From assembly GCA_016699595.1 (NCBI GenBank), contig CP064982.1, positions 443,829 through 507,828 on the forward strand: a stretch of 64,000 nucleotides of DNA, read 5' to 3'. How positions within the stretch are numbered: position 1 is the stretch's first letter; each line of letters opens with the position of its first letter. The notes under the pieces are model-generated. The model saw only the letters and a list, made by a program, of their open reading frames with translations. It did not search any database and had not been told where the DNA came from. This document shows positions 21,130-32,160 of the stretch, one piece after another. Both the position numbers and the translations under genes were made by a program. Source of the DNA: a bacterium (GTDB lineage Bacteria > Patescibacteriota > Dojkabacteria > GCA-016699595).

Positions 21130-21630
21130 TCATTGGGAATTTGTTTTCAATCTATTTAAAAAATAAACTATGATTCCTCCCAGACCAAGTAGAAATAAGG
21201 TGATAAATAATATTGCCACTTGTTCCTTGACCAAATTTCCAAATAAATTGTAATAAATATCTCCAGATGTACTAGTTATAATAATTGAATCTAATGAAGA
21301 TGCAGAAACACTATTGTCAAAATTTTGATTTCTGATCATGAAAGCTGATTGATAAGAAATTAGTAATCCAAACAAGGTTAACCAAAGTAAAGAAAGATAC
21401 TTCACTGGCTTGCCAGAAAAAAACGGTTTAAGTAAATCAATCCCATTATGCTTATATGTCTTGTTTTTAGCCGATTTGACATCATCCTGTTTCTTGATTG
21501 TTTTCTTAGACTCCCTTACAATATTTACAGAGTCTGACATATTGTAATAATTAGATTTCGTTTTCCTAAGTTCTAGTAAGACATCCTCTGCATCTAAAGT
21601 TTGTAAATTTGTAAATTGTTGTTTTGCCAT
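21130..21630 (-). CDS. hypothetical 2-TM membrane protein
   Basis: 166 aa with two hydrophobic segments. No recognisable domain. Confidence 0.4.
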   Translation of the reverse strand: MAKQQFTNLQTLDAEDVLLELRKTKSNYYNMSDSVNIVRESKKTIKKQDDVKSAKNKTYKHNGIDLLKPFFSGKPVKYLSLLWLTLFGLLISYQSAFMIRNQNFDNSVSASSLDSIIITSTSGDIYYNLFGNLVKEQVAILFITLFLLGLGGIIVYFLNRLKTNSQ

Positions 21631-21640
21631 AATTTGAGAA

Positions 21641-23293
21641 TTATTTCTTTAAGTCGATGATTTTCTCTTCTATCTGTGTCAAAGAGTCAACACTTCCTTT
21701 TGAACCTAGTTCGGATTTAAATATTTTTTGAGCATCTTCGTAGCTATACATTGGCCATGATCTTGCAGTAGGTGCCATTTGTATATATGTTCCTACATAT
21801 TCAACATTCTGTTGAAGGTTCGCCATATCAATTCTTGGATAGGCCTGACCTACAAATCTTGTTTGAGTAGCTTTTTGATACATGGAAGCTAATTGTTCTT
21901 TTTCTGTAATAAATCTCAAAAACTCCCATGCAACTGCTTTATTTGCTGAACCATTATAAACTGCATAACCCCAACTATTTGAGTAATTCACTACATTTGA
22001 ATCACTAATCTGAGGCATTGGAGAAATACCAATATTAAGATCTGGATAATATTTTTTGATTTCATTTATTCTCCACAAAGGACCAAACATCATTGCCAAC
22101 TTACCTTCAGCAAAAGCCTTCACATCTAAATCTTGATTTGCGTCCCAAGATTTTATACCACCTGATTCAGAGTAATATTTCATATAGAAATTTACAGCAT
22201 CTACAAGTTCAACACTAGTTGTCAGCTCGAGCTCACCTTTATCATTTTGCAATTTACCACTTTGCATCATAAGTAATGATATTGGGTCAAAGAAGAAACC
22301 TACATTATTGTACGGACCAGCTGAAAGACCTGATGTTAGCAGGTTTCCATTAGAATCTTTTTTTGTCAATTTCTTAACTTGTTCTGTAAATCCATCCCAA
22401 TCCTTCGCAGGTTCACTATAACCTTGTGATTGTAATAATTCTTTATTGTAATAAACTCCAAGTCCATCAAAACCTATAGGTACTGCATAAACATTCTCTC
22501 CTCGAACAAAAGCTTCAGCAAATGCTGGGTAGAATGTATTTCTATAATCAGTAGCCGTATATCCAGCCGTAGTTGAAGGATACAGATACTTCTGCATTTG
22601 ATCCGTCCAACTTTGTTGTATGATAAATATATCAGGCAATGAGTCTTTCGCATCTACAAATTTGCTAAGAAGTGATTCCTTATACAGTTCTTGAGTGTTA
22701 TTTATACCTTCTCTATTTGCATACTCTATTGTAATATTTGGATACTTCTGATTAAAAGCTTCAATTGCAGGTTTTATTACTTCAGCATTTTCCCACATTC
22801 CCCAAACCCTTAATGTACTTTTGGTAACTTGCTGAGAAGTCGTTGATACGCTCTGTTGACTTATCATAGTGGTCGAAGAAGAAGTGCTGTTCGTATTTGA
22901 ACCGTTGCTGTTTGCCCTTCTAGAAATAACTGTATATATCAAAAAGATTGCTATACAAACTAACGCTAGAATGAAAAGTATAAGCCCTATTTTCACTATC
23001 CTTCTTTTCTTCTCATTTGAATTATCGTTTCCCTCAAATTCATATTCATCTACCTCGTATGTAGGATCAAGCTCAACTGTAGAACTAGGAGTACCCAGTT
23101 TGTCTGTAGGTAGATTAGCAATATCATTCACTTCCTCAGATACATTTGCATAACCAATATCCTGCGAAACTTTCGCTACATTATTTACCAGTGGAGAACC
23201 TGGCAATGTTGAAGTTACTGGTGTTGACAAAAGATTATTTGACTCTGTAGTACTATCGACATTCATATTTGTATTGATTGGGGAAGTGTCCAT
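21641..23293 (-). CDS. ABC transporter substrate-binding protein, family 1 (sugar-binding, MalE-like), membrane-anchored with a low-complexity N-terminal linker
   Basis: Has a TM, a Ser/Thr/Asn-rich linker, then an SBP_bac_1-like core (...VWGMWENAEVIKPAIEAFNQKYPNITIEY...). No cognate permease or ATPase is nearby. Confidence 0.7.
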   Translation of the reverse strand: MDTSPINTNMNVDSTTESNNLLSTPVTSTLPGSPLVNNVAKVSQDIGYANVSEEVNDIANLPTDKLGTPSSTVELDPTYEVDEYEFEGNDNSNEKKRRIVKIGLILFILALVCIAIFLIYTVISRRANSNGSNTNSTSSSTTMISQQSVSTTSQQVTKSTLRVWGMWENAEVIKPAIEAFNQKYPNITIEYANREGINNTQELYKESLLSKFVDAKDSLPDIFIIQQSWTDQMQKYLYPSTTAGYTATDYRNTFYPAFAEAFVRGENVYAVPIGFDGLGVYYNKELLQSQGYSEPAKDWDGFTEQVKKLTKKDSNGNLLTSGLSAGPYNNVGFFFDPISLLMMQSGKLQNDKGELELTTSVELVDAVNFYMKYYSESGGIKSWDANQDLDVKAFAEGKLAMMFGPLWRINEIKKYYPDLNIGISPMPQISDSNVVNYSNSWGYAVYNGSANKAVAWEFLRFITEKEQLASMYQKATQTRFVGQAYPRIDMANLQQNVEYVGTYIQMAPTARSWPMYSYEDAQKIFKSELGSKGSVDSLTQIEEKIIDLKK

Positions 23294-23458
23294 ATATTTA
23301 TCTAGTTAAAAAATTCTATTTGAAATGAATCTTACATTCCTTGGATTCAACACTTTGTCTTGATCAAATTTTGACTAGTGATTTACCAAATTATGAAATA
23401 ATATTATTTTGCACAAAATACTTCAAGTATTTTTTATAATTTTGTAGAATACTAAATA

Positions 23459-24721
23459 ATGAAAACCTTTTTTAGTCAAACTGAAATAAATATACAAGAT
23501 GCTAATTTAGCTACTAGTAATGATTTGTCTGTTCAAAGTTTAGGCAAAATACAAATTAAGAAGAACAAGCGCTTGAAGACTAAAAGAAATATAATTGCAT
23601 TTTTTAGTTTGTTTATTTTTATATTGCTATTAGCTTTTACTTTTTACAAATTTGTTTATAAAGCCGGAAACACTATCCAAGAAATAAATGAGAATAACCT
23701 TGTAGCCAAGCAAGCAGCAACTAAATCTGTTGAAAGTTTAAAGTTAAATTCACACTTAAAACTTCAAGAAAATCAAAATCCAATCACAGGCGAATTTTTG
23801 ACAAAAGAATTATATGAGAAATTAAAAGATCAAAGAATCGTTTCGGCAGTTATTGACAATGCAACAATGGCAAGACCTCAGGCAGGATTGAGTGAAGCTG
23901 ATGTAGTTTACGAAGTACCCGTTGAAGATAAAATCACTAGGTACTTAGGTATATTTTGGCAACACCAACCTAAAGAGATCGGTCCCATAAGATCTACCAG
24001 AGTTTATATTCTTGACATGTCTCAAGAATATGACCCAGTACATTTTCACATAGGACAAGCTACAAGCAATGATTTGAAAAGCAAAAACAAAGTTGATGCT
24101 TTCGATTATATGAATTTGCAAGCTATCAAACATACAGAATGCAGTTCTTATATGGACCAAGGAAGAATCACACAAGGGATTCCAAAAGAACATAGCATGT
24201 TTTTTACCTTGTCTACAATGCGTCAATGCATCCCGGCTAGTTGGAACACTTCATCACAATTAGAGAGTTGGAGTTTCAAAGAAAATTTAAAGCTAGAAGA
24301 TCGAAATATTACAAGTGAAGCAAATATTAACTTGACTGGCGATAGCAAGTATTCTTCAAGATGGATATACAACCGAGAAAAAAATATATACCTAAGATAT
24401 ATAAATGGAAGTCCGGACATTGACAAAAGTAATCAACAACAAGTTACGGCCAAAAACATTATTTTGCAATATGTAAATTATAAAAACATTAATGATGAAT
24501 TAAAACATTTGTCATTTGATATAATCGGCAAAGGCAAGGCCACGTATTTACTTGATGGCAAAATATTTGATGGAACATGGCAGAAAGACAATGCTAGCGG
24601 AAGAACAAAGTTTTTGAATACAGATCAGAAATTTATAAATTTCAATAGAGGTAACTTTTGGATAATCATAGTTCCAGTCGAAGAAAGTGGAAAGACAGAG
24701 GCTAGAATTTCACTTATTTAA
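23459..24721 (+). CDS. DUF3048 domain protein (YerB-like), membrane-anchored
   Basis: Has an N-terminal TM. The segment ...NPITGEF...RIVSAVIDNATMARPQAGLSEADVVYEVPVEDKITRYLGIF... matches the DUF3048 core. Confidence 0.65.
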   Translation: MKTFFSQTEINIQDANLATSNDLSVQSLGKIQIKKNKRLKTKRNIIAFFSLFIFILLLAFTFYKFVYKAGNTIQEINENNLVAKQAATKSVESLKLNSHLKLQENQNPITGEFLTKELYEKLKDQRIVSAVIDNATMARPQAGLSEADVVYEVPVEDKITRYLGIFWQHQPKEIGPIRSTRVYILDMSQEYDPVHFHIGQATSNDLKSKNKVDAFDYMNLQAIKHTECSSYMDQGRITQGIPKEHSMFFTLSTMRQCIPASWNTSSQLESWSFKENLKLEDRNITSEANINLTGDSKYSSRWIYNREKNIYLRYINGSPDIDKSNQQQVTAKNIILQYVNYKNINDELKHLSFDIIGKGKATYLLDGKIFDGTWQKDNASGRTKFLNTDQKFINFNRGNFWIIIVPVEESGKTEARISLI

Positions 24722-24802
24722 TAAATTTAATAATTGTTTTAGAAAAAGTAAATTTGAAATTAATTGCAATAAAGTTTTGCAAAACAAACAGAACATAAAC
24801 AC

Positions 24803-26029
24803 TTGACAACATTATCACAATCAACAAAAAATGTAAGAAAATTTTTGGTAGGATGTTTTGTTTTTATAATTATATCAATGACCTGTACTATCATTGGTAA
24901 ATTAGCATCAGACCAATTGAAAAAGAACGATCTGGCATTCTCGGAGACAGAGAACAGAATCTATGGAGAATTACCTTTACTTGATCTATCAAATTTAGCT
25001 TATAAAGCAAGTATCAAGAATGTGACATATTCTTTAGAGACACCATCAGGAAGACTCTTTTTGTCAAGACCAGATTCATTTAACGAATTCGAAACTCCTA
25101 TAAACATTGTTAGAGTTTATAAGTATATTGAGCCTAAACAGACATTATTTTCATTACAAAAAAGTTTAGAGTTAGCAAAAAAGATGGGATTTGGTCAAGA
25201 ATACAAAAAAAGTGGGACACTTGTGACATTGCAAAGTGGCACAAGAACTCTAGAATTGGATATTGTTCAAGGTAGTGTAATCATCAAAAACGATAATGTG
25301 AAAGATTTGAGTTTTGACAAGCTGAAGGATTTTTCTGGTAACCCAAATAACTATAGTTCGGAATTTCTTCCTAATTTGATATCAGAAAGTTTTTTGAATG
25401 CGAATTATGAAAATGCATGGGTGAATAGTGAATACATAAGCTTTGACAAAGAAAAAAATGTTTTTTACAAAGAATCATCTCCTTTAAGAGCAGAATTTTT
25501 GAGAATGTCATTTCAAAAAAAATTTTTATTAAATACAATCGAAGCAAAAAGCACAGATAGTGAAGCAAAGAAGAATTTAGCAAGTACAAAACAATATCTA
25601 TCAAAAGTGTACAATGAATCTCCAAGATTTCCAAACTCTATGCTGATTTCTGGTACTAGTATTAGATTAAGTGATATATATTCATTTACTTCACCAAATT
25701 GGTATGCAAGTACCCTAGTTCCTTCAAATATTGGCAAGTACAAAATTTTTTCTATTCAGGAGGCATGGCAGAAAATACAGAATAACGAGGGAATTTTGGT
25801 AGATTTGAAAAGAGCATCAAGAACAGATGATTATGATTTGAAGAATGCAAATGAGAAAATTACAAAAATGTATATCAAAAAGATAGAACTTGGTTACTAT
25901 GAAAGCGAGAAATTCCAAGAATACTTGCAACCTATCTATGTTTTTGTCGGCGCAGCTGTTTTGGAGAACGAAGATGGTAATAGTGAACAAGCCGAGTTTA
26001 CTATTTATTTGCCAGCCATCAAAAGGTAA
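24803..26029 (+). CDS. hypothetical membrane-anchored protein
   Basis: 408 aa with an N-terminal TM. No recognisable domain. Confidence 0.4.
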   Translation: MTTLSQSTKNVRKFLVGCFVFIIISMTCTIIGKLASDQLKKNDLAFSETENRIYGELPLLDLSNLAYKASIKNVTYSLETPSGRLFLSRPDSFNEFETPINIVRVYKYIEPKQTLFSLQKSLELAKKMGFGQEYKKSGTLVTLQSGTRTLELDIVQGSVIIKNDNVKDLSFDKLKDFSGNPNNYSSEFLPNLISESFLNANYENAWVNSEYISFDKEKNVFYKESSPLRAEFLRMSFQKKFLLNTIEAKSTDSEAKKNLASTKQYLSKVYNESPRFPNSMLISGTSIRLSDIYSFTSPNWYASTLVPSNIGKYKIFSIQEAWQKIQNNEGILVDLKRASRTDDYDLKNANEKITKMYIKKIELGYYESEKFQEYLQPIYVFVGAAVLENEDGNSEQAEFTIYLPAIKR

Positions 26030-27192
26030 TGAATACAATAAATGAGATATACAAAAAATTAGAGGAGATTCAGCACTTACCAACCTTCAGAAACCTTATT
26101 GAAACAGACTTATCTAAGTTTTATCATTTCCCATCAAGACTTCTCATAAATTTATCTTCTACATATTTTGCTAATAGACAATATAATCCCGAAAGTAAAG
26201 GACAACTAAAACTTAGATCGTCGATATCAAAATTATACACAAAAGCTTCGCATTTAGCTGAAAATATTTTTGTTACAGCATCAACGTCTGAAAGTTATCA
26301 AGTTATTTTCAATGTATTGAAGTTTGACAATGCTAGAGTTCTTCTACCTAGACCTACATACCCTCTTTTTGATTACTTGGCAAAGTTTTCTAACATAGAA
26401 ATTGATTATTACGATTTGATTTATGATGATGAGAATGGGTGGACCGTTGACATAGATAGCCTAGTCAAACAGATTAAAGATGGTTCAAGATTTTTGGTTA
26501 TCATAAGTCCAAATAATCCAACCGGAAGTAATTTAGAAAAGAAGACTTTTGATGATGTATGTAAAATCGCGGTAGAAAACAATTTAATTGTCATTGTAGA
26601 TGAGGTATTCTCTATATTTCAAGAGAAATTTTTGTCAACGGGACGAAATCCTACTTTGTATGATGATGTGCTTAGTAGCAATTATCCAAATTTGAAAGTC
26701 TTTTTTCTAAATGGCATTTCAAAAATGTTTGCTTTGCCCGACTTAAAAATAGCTTGGTTTGTGGGAGTAAATTTATCCCAAATAGACAAAGAAGCATTTG
26801 AAATATACTTAGATACTTTTCTCAATGCGAATTACCTAGCACAGGATATAATAACGAATTTGATAAATTCTTCGGAATCATTGACTTTCCAGCGTGATAT
26901 GGTCGAAAGTATTTTATCAAAGTCTCAATCTTTGCATAATCATGGGTATATAAAAAAGGCTAATACAAGCCTGCAAATACAAGATCTGAAGTTGGATAGT
27001 AACGAAAGTATAAAGATTTTGGATGCAAATTCAGGCATACACAGAGTATTGAATATAAGTAACACTCGGGTCAAAGAAGAAGATTATGTATTGAAACTTC
27101 TCGATGAGAAGAAAATCTTTGTTCACCCAGGCTATTTTTATGAAATACCAAGGGAACCAAATGAAGTAAATATAGTAATGAGCATACTTTAA
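26029..27192 (+). CDS. PLP-dependent aminotransferase, class I/II
   Basis: Carries ...VIISPNNPTGS..., ...IVDEVFS... and the Lys-containing ...NGISKMFALPDLKIAWF... block, typical of fold-type I aminotransferases. Confidence 0.7.
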   Translation: MNTINEIYKKLEEIQHLPTFRNLIETDLSKFYHFPSRLLINLSSTYFANRQYNPESKGQLKLRSSISKLYTKASHLAENIFVTASTSESYQVIFNVLKFDNARVLLPRPTYPLFDYLAKFSNIEIDYYDLIYDDENGWTVDIDSLVKQIKDGSRFLVIISPNNPTGSNLEKKTFDDVCKIAVENNLIVIVDEVFSIFQEKFLSTGRNPTLYDDVLSSNYPNLKVFFLNGISKMFALPDLKIAWFVGVNLSQIDKEAFEIYLDTFLNANYLAQDIITNLINSSESLTFQRDMVESILSKSQSLHNHGYIKKANTSLQIQDLKLDSNESIKILDANSGIHRVLNISNTRVKEEDYVLKLLDEKKIFVHPGYFYEIPREPNEVNIVMSIL

Positions 27193-27318
27193 CTGATGTA
27201 AGCTAGAAAGTGCAAATAGAATAAAGAATTAAATCAGGATTTGGTATCTATTGTATTTACAATTTATAAAGGCTTATAATAATAGAAGATATTTTAACAA
27301 AATTAAACTATTTCCAAA

Positions 27319-28053
27319 ATGTACAAACTTGACCAGATAATAGATAAAGTCATATTCCTAGATATCGAAACAGTATCAGGTGCACATACACTTGAGGAAC
27401 TTGATGAAAGAATGCAAAAACTTTGGGGCAAAAAATCTTTCAAGTTTAGAAAGGATTATGCGAAAAAAGTTAGCGAAGCCAAAATTTTCGAAGAGAAAGC
27501 TGCAATACAAGCAGAGTTTGGCAAAATAGTTTGCATATCTACTGGATATATAACTAGAAATTCGGAAAATGATGAACTAGAGTTCAAAACTAAATCGTTT
27601 TATGGCGAAGATGAAAAAAAACTTCTTGAAGAATTTAGTGACATGCTAAATAAGTTTTTTGAAAGTGACCAACTTGGAAGTATCAGAAAAATATGTACTC
27701 ATAATGGCAAAGAATTTGACATTCCATATATCGCAAGACGAATGCTAATACTTGGATTACCACTTTCTCCAATACTTGATATTGCTGGGAAAAAACCTTG
27801 GGATATCAAGTTCATTCTTGATACCCAGGAGATGTGGCAGTTTGGCGATGTCAAAGCTTTCACAAGCCTTGATCTGCTTGCTGCAGTTTTTGATATACCG
27901 ACTCCAAAGGATGATATAAATGGTGCTCAAGTTAGTAAAGTATTTTGGGAAGATAGAGATCTTGAGAGAATAAAAGTTTATTGCGAGAAAGATATATTTA
28001 CGACTACACAAGTATTTTTGAAATTGAATCAACAAGCTATACTGAAAGTATAG
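27319..28053 (+). CDS. predicted 3'-5' exonuclease, DEDDy/PolB-exo-like (YprB/COG3298-like)
   Basis: Has Exo I FLDIETV, Exo II THNGKEFDIPYIARR and Exo III YCEKDIFTT motifs. Confidence 0.6.
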   Translation: MYKLDQIIDKVIFLDIETVSGAHTLEELDERMQKLWGKKSFKFRKDYAKKVSEAKIFEEKAAIQAEFGKIVCISTGYITRNSENDELEFKTKSFYGEDEKKLLEEFSDMLNKFFESDQLGSIRKICTHNGKEFDIPYIARRMLILGLPLSPILDIAGKKPWDIKFILDTQEMWQFGDVKAFTSLDLLAAVFDIPTPKDDINGAQVSKVFWEDRDLERIKVYCEKDIFTTTQVFLKLNQQAILKV

Positions 28054-28169
28054 AATTGAGTTGGTTCAGAATAAATAAGGAATATTTTGCGAAGTATTTG
28101 TATTTATTAAATAGTGTTAGTATTTTTTGGAATTAGATATACTTTTTGTTCTTAATTAATATTCTGATT

Positions 28170-30101
28170 TTACATCCTTTCAACAACCTCAATCCCAAGT
28201 AACCACATTCCTTTTTCAAGAAGTTGATTTGTCAATGAAACAATTTGCAATCTGACATTTTTTATATCCATATCATCTACCAAGACCTGATTCTCGGAAT
28301 AAAATTTGTTGAAAAGCGTGGCAAGATCATATAGGTAGTGGCAAACTAAATGTGGTTGTAATTTTTCCCCAGCAACTCTAGCTACATTTTCAAATTCTGA
28401 CAGTTTGACAACAAGTTCACTTTCTGAAGCACTAAATGAGTACTGTGAAGTATTAGGGCTTTGAGTAACCAGCTTTGTATCTGTAATTGAATTCAATATC
28501 GATAAACTTCTTACATATGCATACATTACATAAACTCCAGAAAATCCAGTAAGTGAAGTGAATTCCTCAGGATCATAGTTTATATCAGTATGAATTTCAT
28601 GTGATAAAATCAGAAACTTCAAACTCGCAAGAGCAATTTTCGTTGCAATATCATTATCTTCAAACTTCATCTTGGACTTCACATTCTCGATAACTTCAGC
28701 CAAAACATCAAGTCCTTTTATACTATCTCCCATTCTTGAACTTTGTTTCTTATTGTTTCTAAGTAACCAACCAAATGGGATATGTTGCAATAACTTCTGA
28801 TCAGTATTCAGACCAAGTAATTCAAGTGATTTAAATAGGTTTTTGAAATAATCAGCTTGCTCAATTGAAGTTGTAATAATTATTTTTTCTAAATCTGGAT
28901 ATTCTTGTAGTTTCAATTTGACCAAACCTACATCCTTCGCCGAATATGTTGGTAAACCATCTCTCGTTATATAAACAAAAGTCTTTACTTGTTTTTTCTC
29001 TGACTTTGATAATAGTTCCTTATTCAATATTACTGACCCTCCATTTTCCTCATCAATGACAAATACTTTGCCTACACTATCTTTCACAGCTGTTTCACCT
29101 ATTTTCCATACTTCAGATTCAGGATATTGTCTATCGTAATGAATGCCAAGGCTTTCAAAAGCATCCATCTGATGTTCAACAGACCATTTCCTTGTAGTTT
29201 CATATAAAAAGTTGACTTGGTCAGAAGTTTTATCATAAACCAATTTATTGATATTTTTAATAAATGAAACCAAGCTTGGGTTTTCTTTGTATGCTTTTGC
29301 ACCAAATGTATAAAATTTATCAACCAACTTTGACTTTGCTTTCAAATCCATTTGTTCGATTAGTAAAACAGCTTCCTGATAACTTGATATATCCTTTAGA
29401 CTAATATCTTCTTCACTTAATGTAGAAACTTCTGGTATCTTGACTTCATAATAATCAAAGTTTTCAGTTTCAATCTCTTCATCGAGTTTTCCTTCATCAA
29501 GCAACTTAATTGAGCTTATTTGACCTGTTGAATCTATAGCTTTCAGATAGTCAATATTTGCAAGAAAAATACTTGCTCCAAAGATGCATTTTGCAACTTG
29601 CAAACCTACATCCCCAAAATAATTCGTTCGTATGACCTTGTATCCCAGACTTTCTATCAAATTTGACAAACTTAACCCAGTAATAGCTGATTTTAAATGC
29701 CCAATGTGAAAGGCCTTGTGTGTATTTGGTTGACCAAATTCAACCATAATCTCGCCATTTTGATTTGTGGAACTATTGACTTTTTTAATGGCGTCAATTT
29801 GCCCATTCAATATTTGAGTTAGTCCCAAATCATTTAGTTTGAAATTTATATAACCGTTTGTAGCTACAACTTGAGCAAATTGAATTTTATCTTGCAAAAT
29901 CAGAGATAATTCAGACGCAATATCTTGTGAAGATTTCTTCAAAAGCGGAGCAATAATAAATGAGATATTTGTACTTAAGTCTACATTTCCAAACTTGGAA
30001 TACTCGACCTTAACTTTTGATGTATCAAATTCAGAAGCAATATCGCTCTTGTAGAGTTCATGGATAGTTTCTATAATTTTGGTCAATATGTTACTCAGCA
30101 T
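28170..30101 (-). CDS. argS: arginyl-tRNA synthetase
   Basis: Has the class I HIGH motif (PNTHKAFHIGHLKSAI) and the anticodon-binding C-terminal domain. Confidence 0.9.
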   Translation of the reverse strand: MLSNILTKIIETIHELYKSDIASEFDTSKVKVEYSKFGNVDLSTNISFIIAPLLKKSSQDIASELSLILQDKIQFAQVVATNGYINFKLNDLGLTQILNGQIDAIKKVNSSTNQNGEIMVEFGQPNTHKAFHIGHLKSAITGLSLSNLIESLGYKVIRTNYFGDVGLQVAKCIFGASIFLANIDYLKAIDSTGQISSIKLLDEGKLDEEIETENFDYYEVKIPEVSTLSEEDISLKDISSYQEAVLLIEQMDLKAKSKLVDKFYTFGAKAYKENPSLVSFIKNINKLVYDKTSDQVNFLYETTRKWSVEHQMDAFESLGIHYDRQYPESEVWKIGETAVKDSVGKVFVIDEENGGSVILNKELLSKSEKKQVKTFVYITRDGLPTYSAKDVGLVKLKLQEYPDLEKIIITTSIEQADYFKNLFKSLELLGLNTDQKLLQHIPFGWLLRNNKKQSSRMGDSIKGLDVLAEVIENVKSKMKFEDNDIATKIALASLKFLILSHEIHTDINYDPEEFTSLTGFSGVYVMYAYVRSLSILNSITDTKLVTQSPNTSQYSFSASESELVVKLSEFENVARVAGEKLQPHLVCHYLYDLATLFNKFYSENQVLVDDMDIKNVRLQIVSLTNQLLEKGMWLLGIEVVERM

Positions 30102-30410
30102 TTAATAATTATATCAAATCTCATCTAGTATTATGCTATAATCAAAATGTTGAATAATTTTTTCTGCAATTATCATTAAATATTTATTGGAAATATCTAG
30201 CTCTTGATTTGATGACTCTTTGTTGACAGTATATATTGAGAAACATTGAGGCTTGCTTTGGATAAATTGGAAATTTGGTAAATTTGCAAATCGACTAGTG
30301 TTGATTTGATACTAAAAGTTTGGAAATTCAATTATAGTCGGACATTAGATTTCCTGATTCTGATTGAAAGTGTCTTCTAAGATTGCAGAAAGATTATTGA
30401 TAATTTCATT

Positions 30411-32135
30411 ATGGATATTATAAATATTATTAGTGCATTGTTTTCTATAGCTTCTATTTCAATCGCACTATTTTTCTTTTGGAAAAGCACTTCTCAAAAT
30501 AGGCTCCTAAAGGATGCAGAGGAAAAGTTTCTCGAGCTTTCTAAGTTGAAGTCTGAGCAAGGAGAACAAACAAGTACTTTGCTTCAAAATTTACAAGAAG
30601 TAGAAACTTCTAAAGCAAATCTTATACTCATCAACCAGGATTTACAAAGGGAACTTTCAGACATCAAAAGGAAATTAACTAATGAAGAAGAAGCCATTCA
30701 ACTTGCTAGTTCAAAAGCCAAAGAAATTATACAAAAGGCAAAACTAGAATCTCAAGACATTGAAAAAAGAACAAATGAAATTTTGTCTCACGAGAAATCC
30801 CGTATAGATAAGGAGAAGAACGAACTTATAGAACAAGAAAAAAGACTTGATCAAAGAGAACAAGCATTATTACAGAGAAACAAAAACCTTGATGACAGAT
30901 TTTCTAAACTTGATGAGCAAGAAAAAACTCTTGATGAAAAAGGAGAAGAACTAAAGTCACAATTTAGAAAAGTTGAAGATGAGTTATTGCAAATAGCATC
31001 TTTAACTAGAGATGAAGCAACGAAGTTAGTCCAAACAAAAATTGAGGATGAATTAACTAACTGGACTGCAAAGAGAATCAAGCAACAATCTAAATTGGTT
31101 GAGCTTGAATCCGAAGAGAGGGCCAAATCTATACTTATGGATGCTATGGTTCAAGGTGCAACTGATTATATAGCAGATGTAGCTATATCTAGATTTCGAT
31201 TGGAGACTGAAGAACAGAAGGGTAAGATCATTGGTAAAGAAGGAAGAAACATCAAAACTCTAGAAAAATTAACTGGAACTGAGATAATGATTGATGAAGA
31301 TTCCCCAACTATAACTATCTCATGTTTTGATCCTATTCGAAGAGAAGTTGCTGCTATCTCTATAGCTAGACTTTTGAAAGACGGAAGAATGCATCCTGGT
31401 ACGATAGAAGAAACTGTAGACAAAGTGAAATCCGACTTACTTAAGATAATCAAAAAGGAAGGCGAAGAATTAGCTTTCAAATCTGGCTTCACAGATCTTC
31501 CTGATGAACTTGTGAAATTGATAGGCAAGTTCAAATACAGATTTAGCTACGGACAAAATCTTGCCAAACATGTACTGGAGATGGTTCAAATAGGAGAATC
31601 AATTGCAACTGAACTAAAAGCAGATGTACAAGCAGTAAAACTTGCATGCTTACTTCATGATTTAGGCAAAGTCGTGATTACTGATTCTTTAGGGCAGGAT
31701 AATAGGCAACATCATCATATATCAGGGGAATATGCAAGAAAGTATAATCTCGGAGAAAAAGTAATAAATGCAATTGAGGCACATCATGATGATATAGCAA
31801 GTGAATATATAGAAGCTGAAATCGTCAAACTAGCCGACAAGATTTCAGGCAGTAGATCTGGAGCTAGAAGAGAAACATATGAAGAATATATAGCTAGAAT
31901 AAAAGTAATCGAGGATGTAGCAAACTCATATGATGGGGTGAAAGATGCTTATGCAATTTACGCCGGTAGAGAAGTTAGAGTACTTGTTCAATCCGATAAG
32001 CTTGATGACAACCAGTGTATAATTTTGGCAAAAGACATTTCTGACGAAATATCAGACAGTGGTAAGTATCCAGGAGGAGTGAAAGTTACGATTATTCGAG
32101 AGTTTAGAATAAGTTCTTCAACTGGTAGGGAATAA
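30411..32135 (+). CDS. rny: ribonuclease Y
   Basis: Has an N-terminal TM and coiled coil, a KH domain (IIGKEGRNIKTLEKLTGTEIMIDE) and an HD domain (...LLHDLGK...EAHHDD...). Confidence 0.9.
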   Translation: MDIINIISALFSIASISIALFFFWKSTSQNRLLKDAEEKFLELSKLKSEQGEQTSTLLQNLQEVETSKANLILINQDLQRELSDIKRKLTNEEEAIQLASSKAKEIIQKAKLESQDIEKRTNEILSHEKSRIDKEKNELIEQEKRLDQREQALLQRNKNLDDRFSKLDEQEKTLDEKGEELKSQFRKVEDELLQIASLTRDEATKLVQTKIEDELTNWTAKRIKQQSKLVELESEERAKSILMDAMVQGATDYIADVAISRFRLETEEQKGKIIGKEGRNIKTLEKLTGTEIMIDEDSPTITISCFDPIRREVAAISIARLLKDGRMHPGTIEETVDKVKSDLLKIIKKEGEELAFKSGFTDLPDELVKLIGKFKYRFSYGQNLAKHVLEMVQIGESIATELKADVQAVKLACLLHDLGKVVITDSLGQDNRQHHHISGEYARKYNLGEKVINAIEAHHDDIASEYIEAEIVKLADKISGSRSGARRETYEEYIARIKVIEDVANSYDGVKDAYAIYAGREVRVLVQSDKLDDNQCIILAKDISDEISDSGKYPGGVKVTIIREFRISSSTGRE

Positions 32136-32160
32136 AATACTAATAATACCATTAAACTAT

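Noticed and set aside
30102-30410. Possible T-box leader upstream of argS or riboswitch upstream of rny
   Set aside because: No AGGGUGGNACCGCG T-box sequence or other conserved riboswitch core could be found on either strand. The region looks like plain AT-rich divergent promoter DNA.
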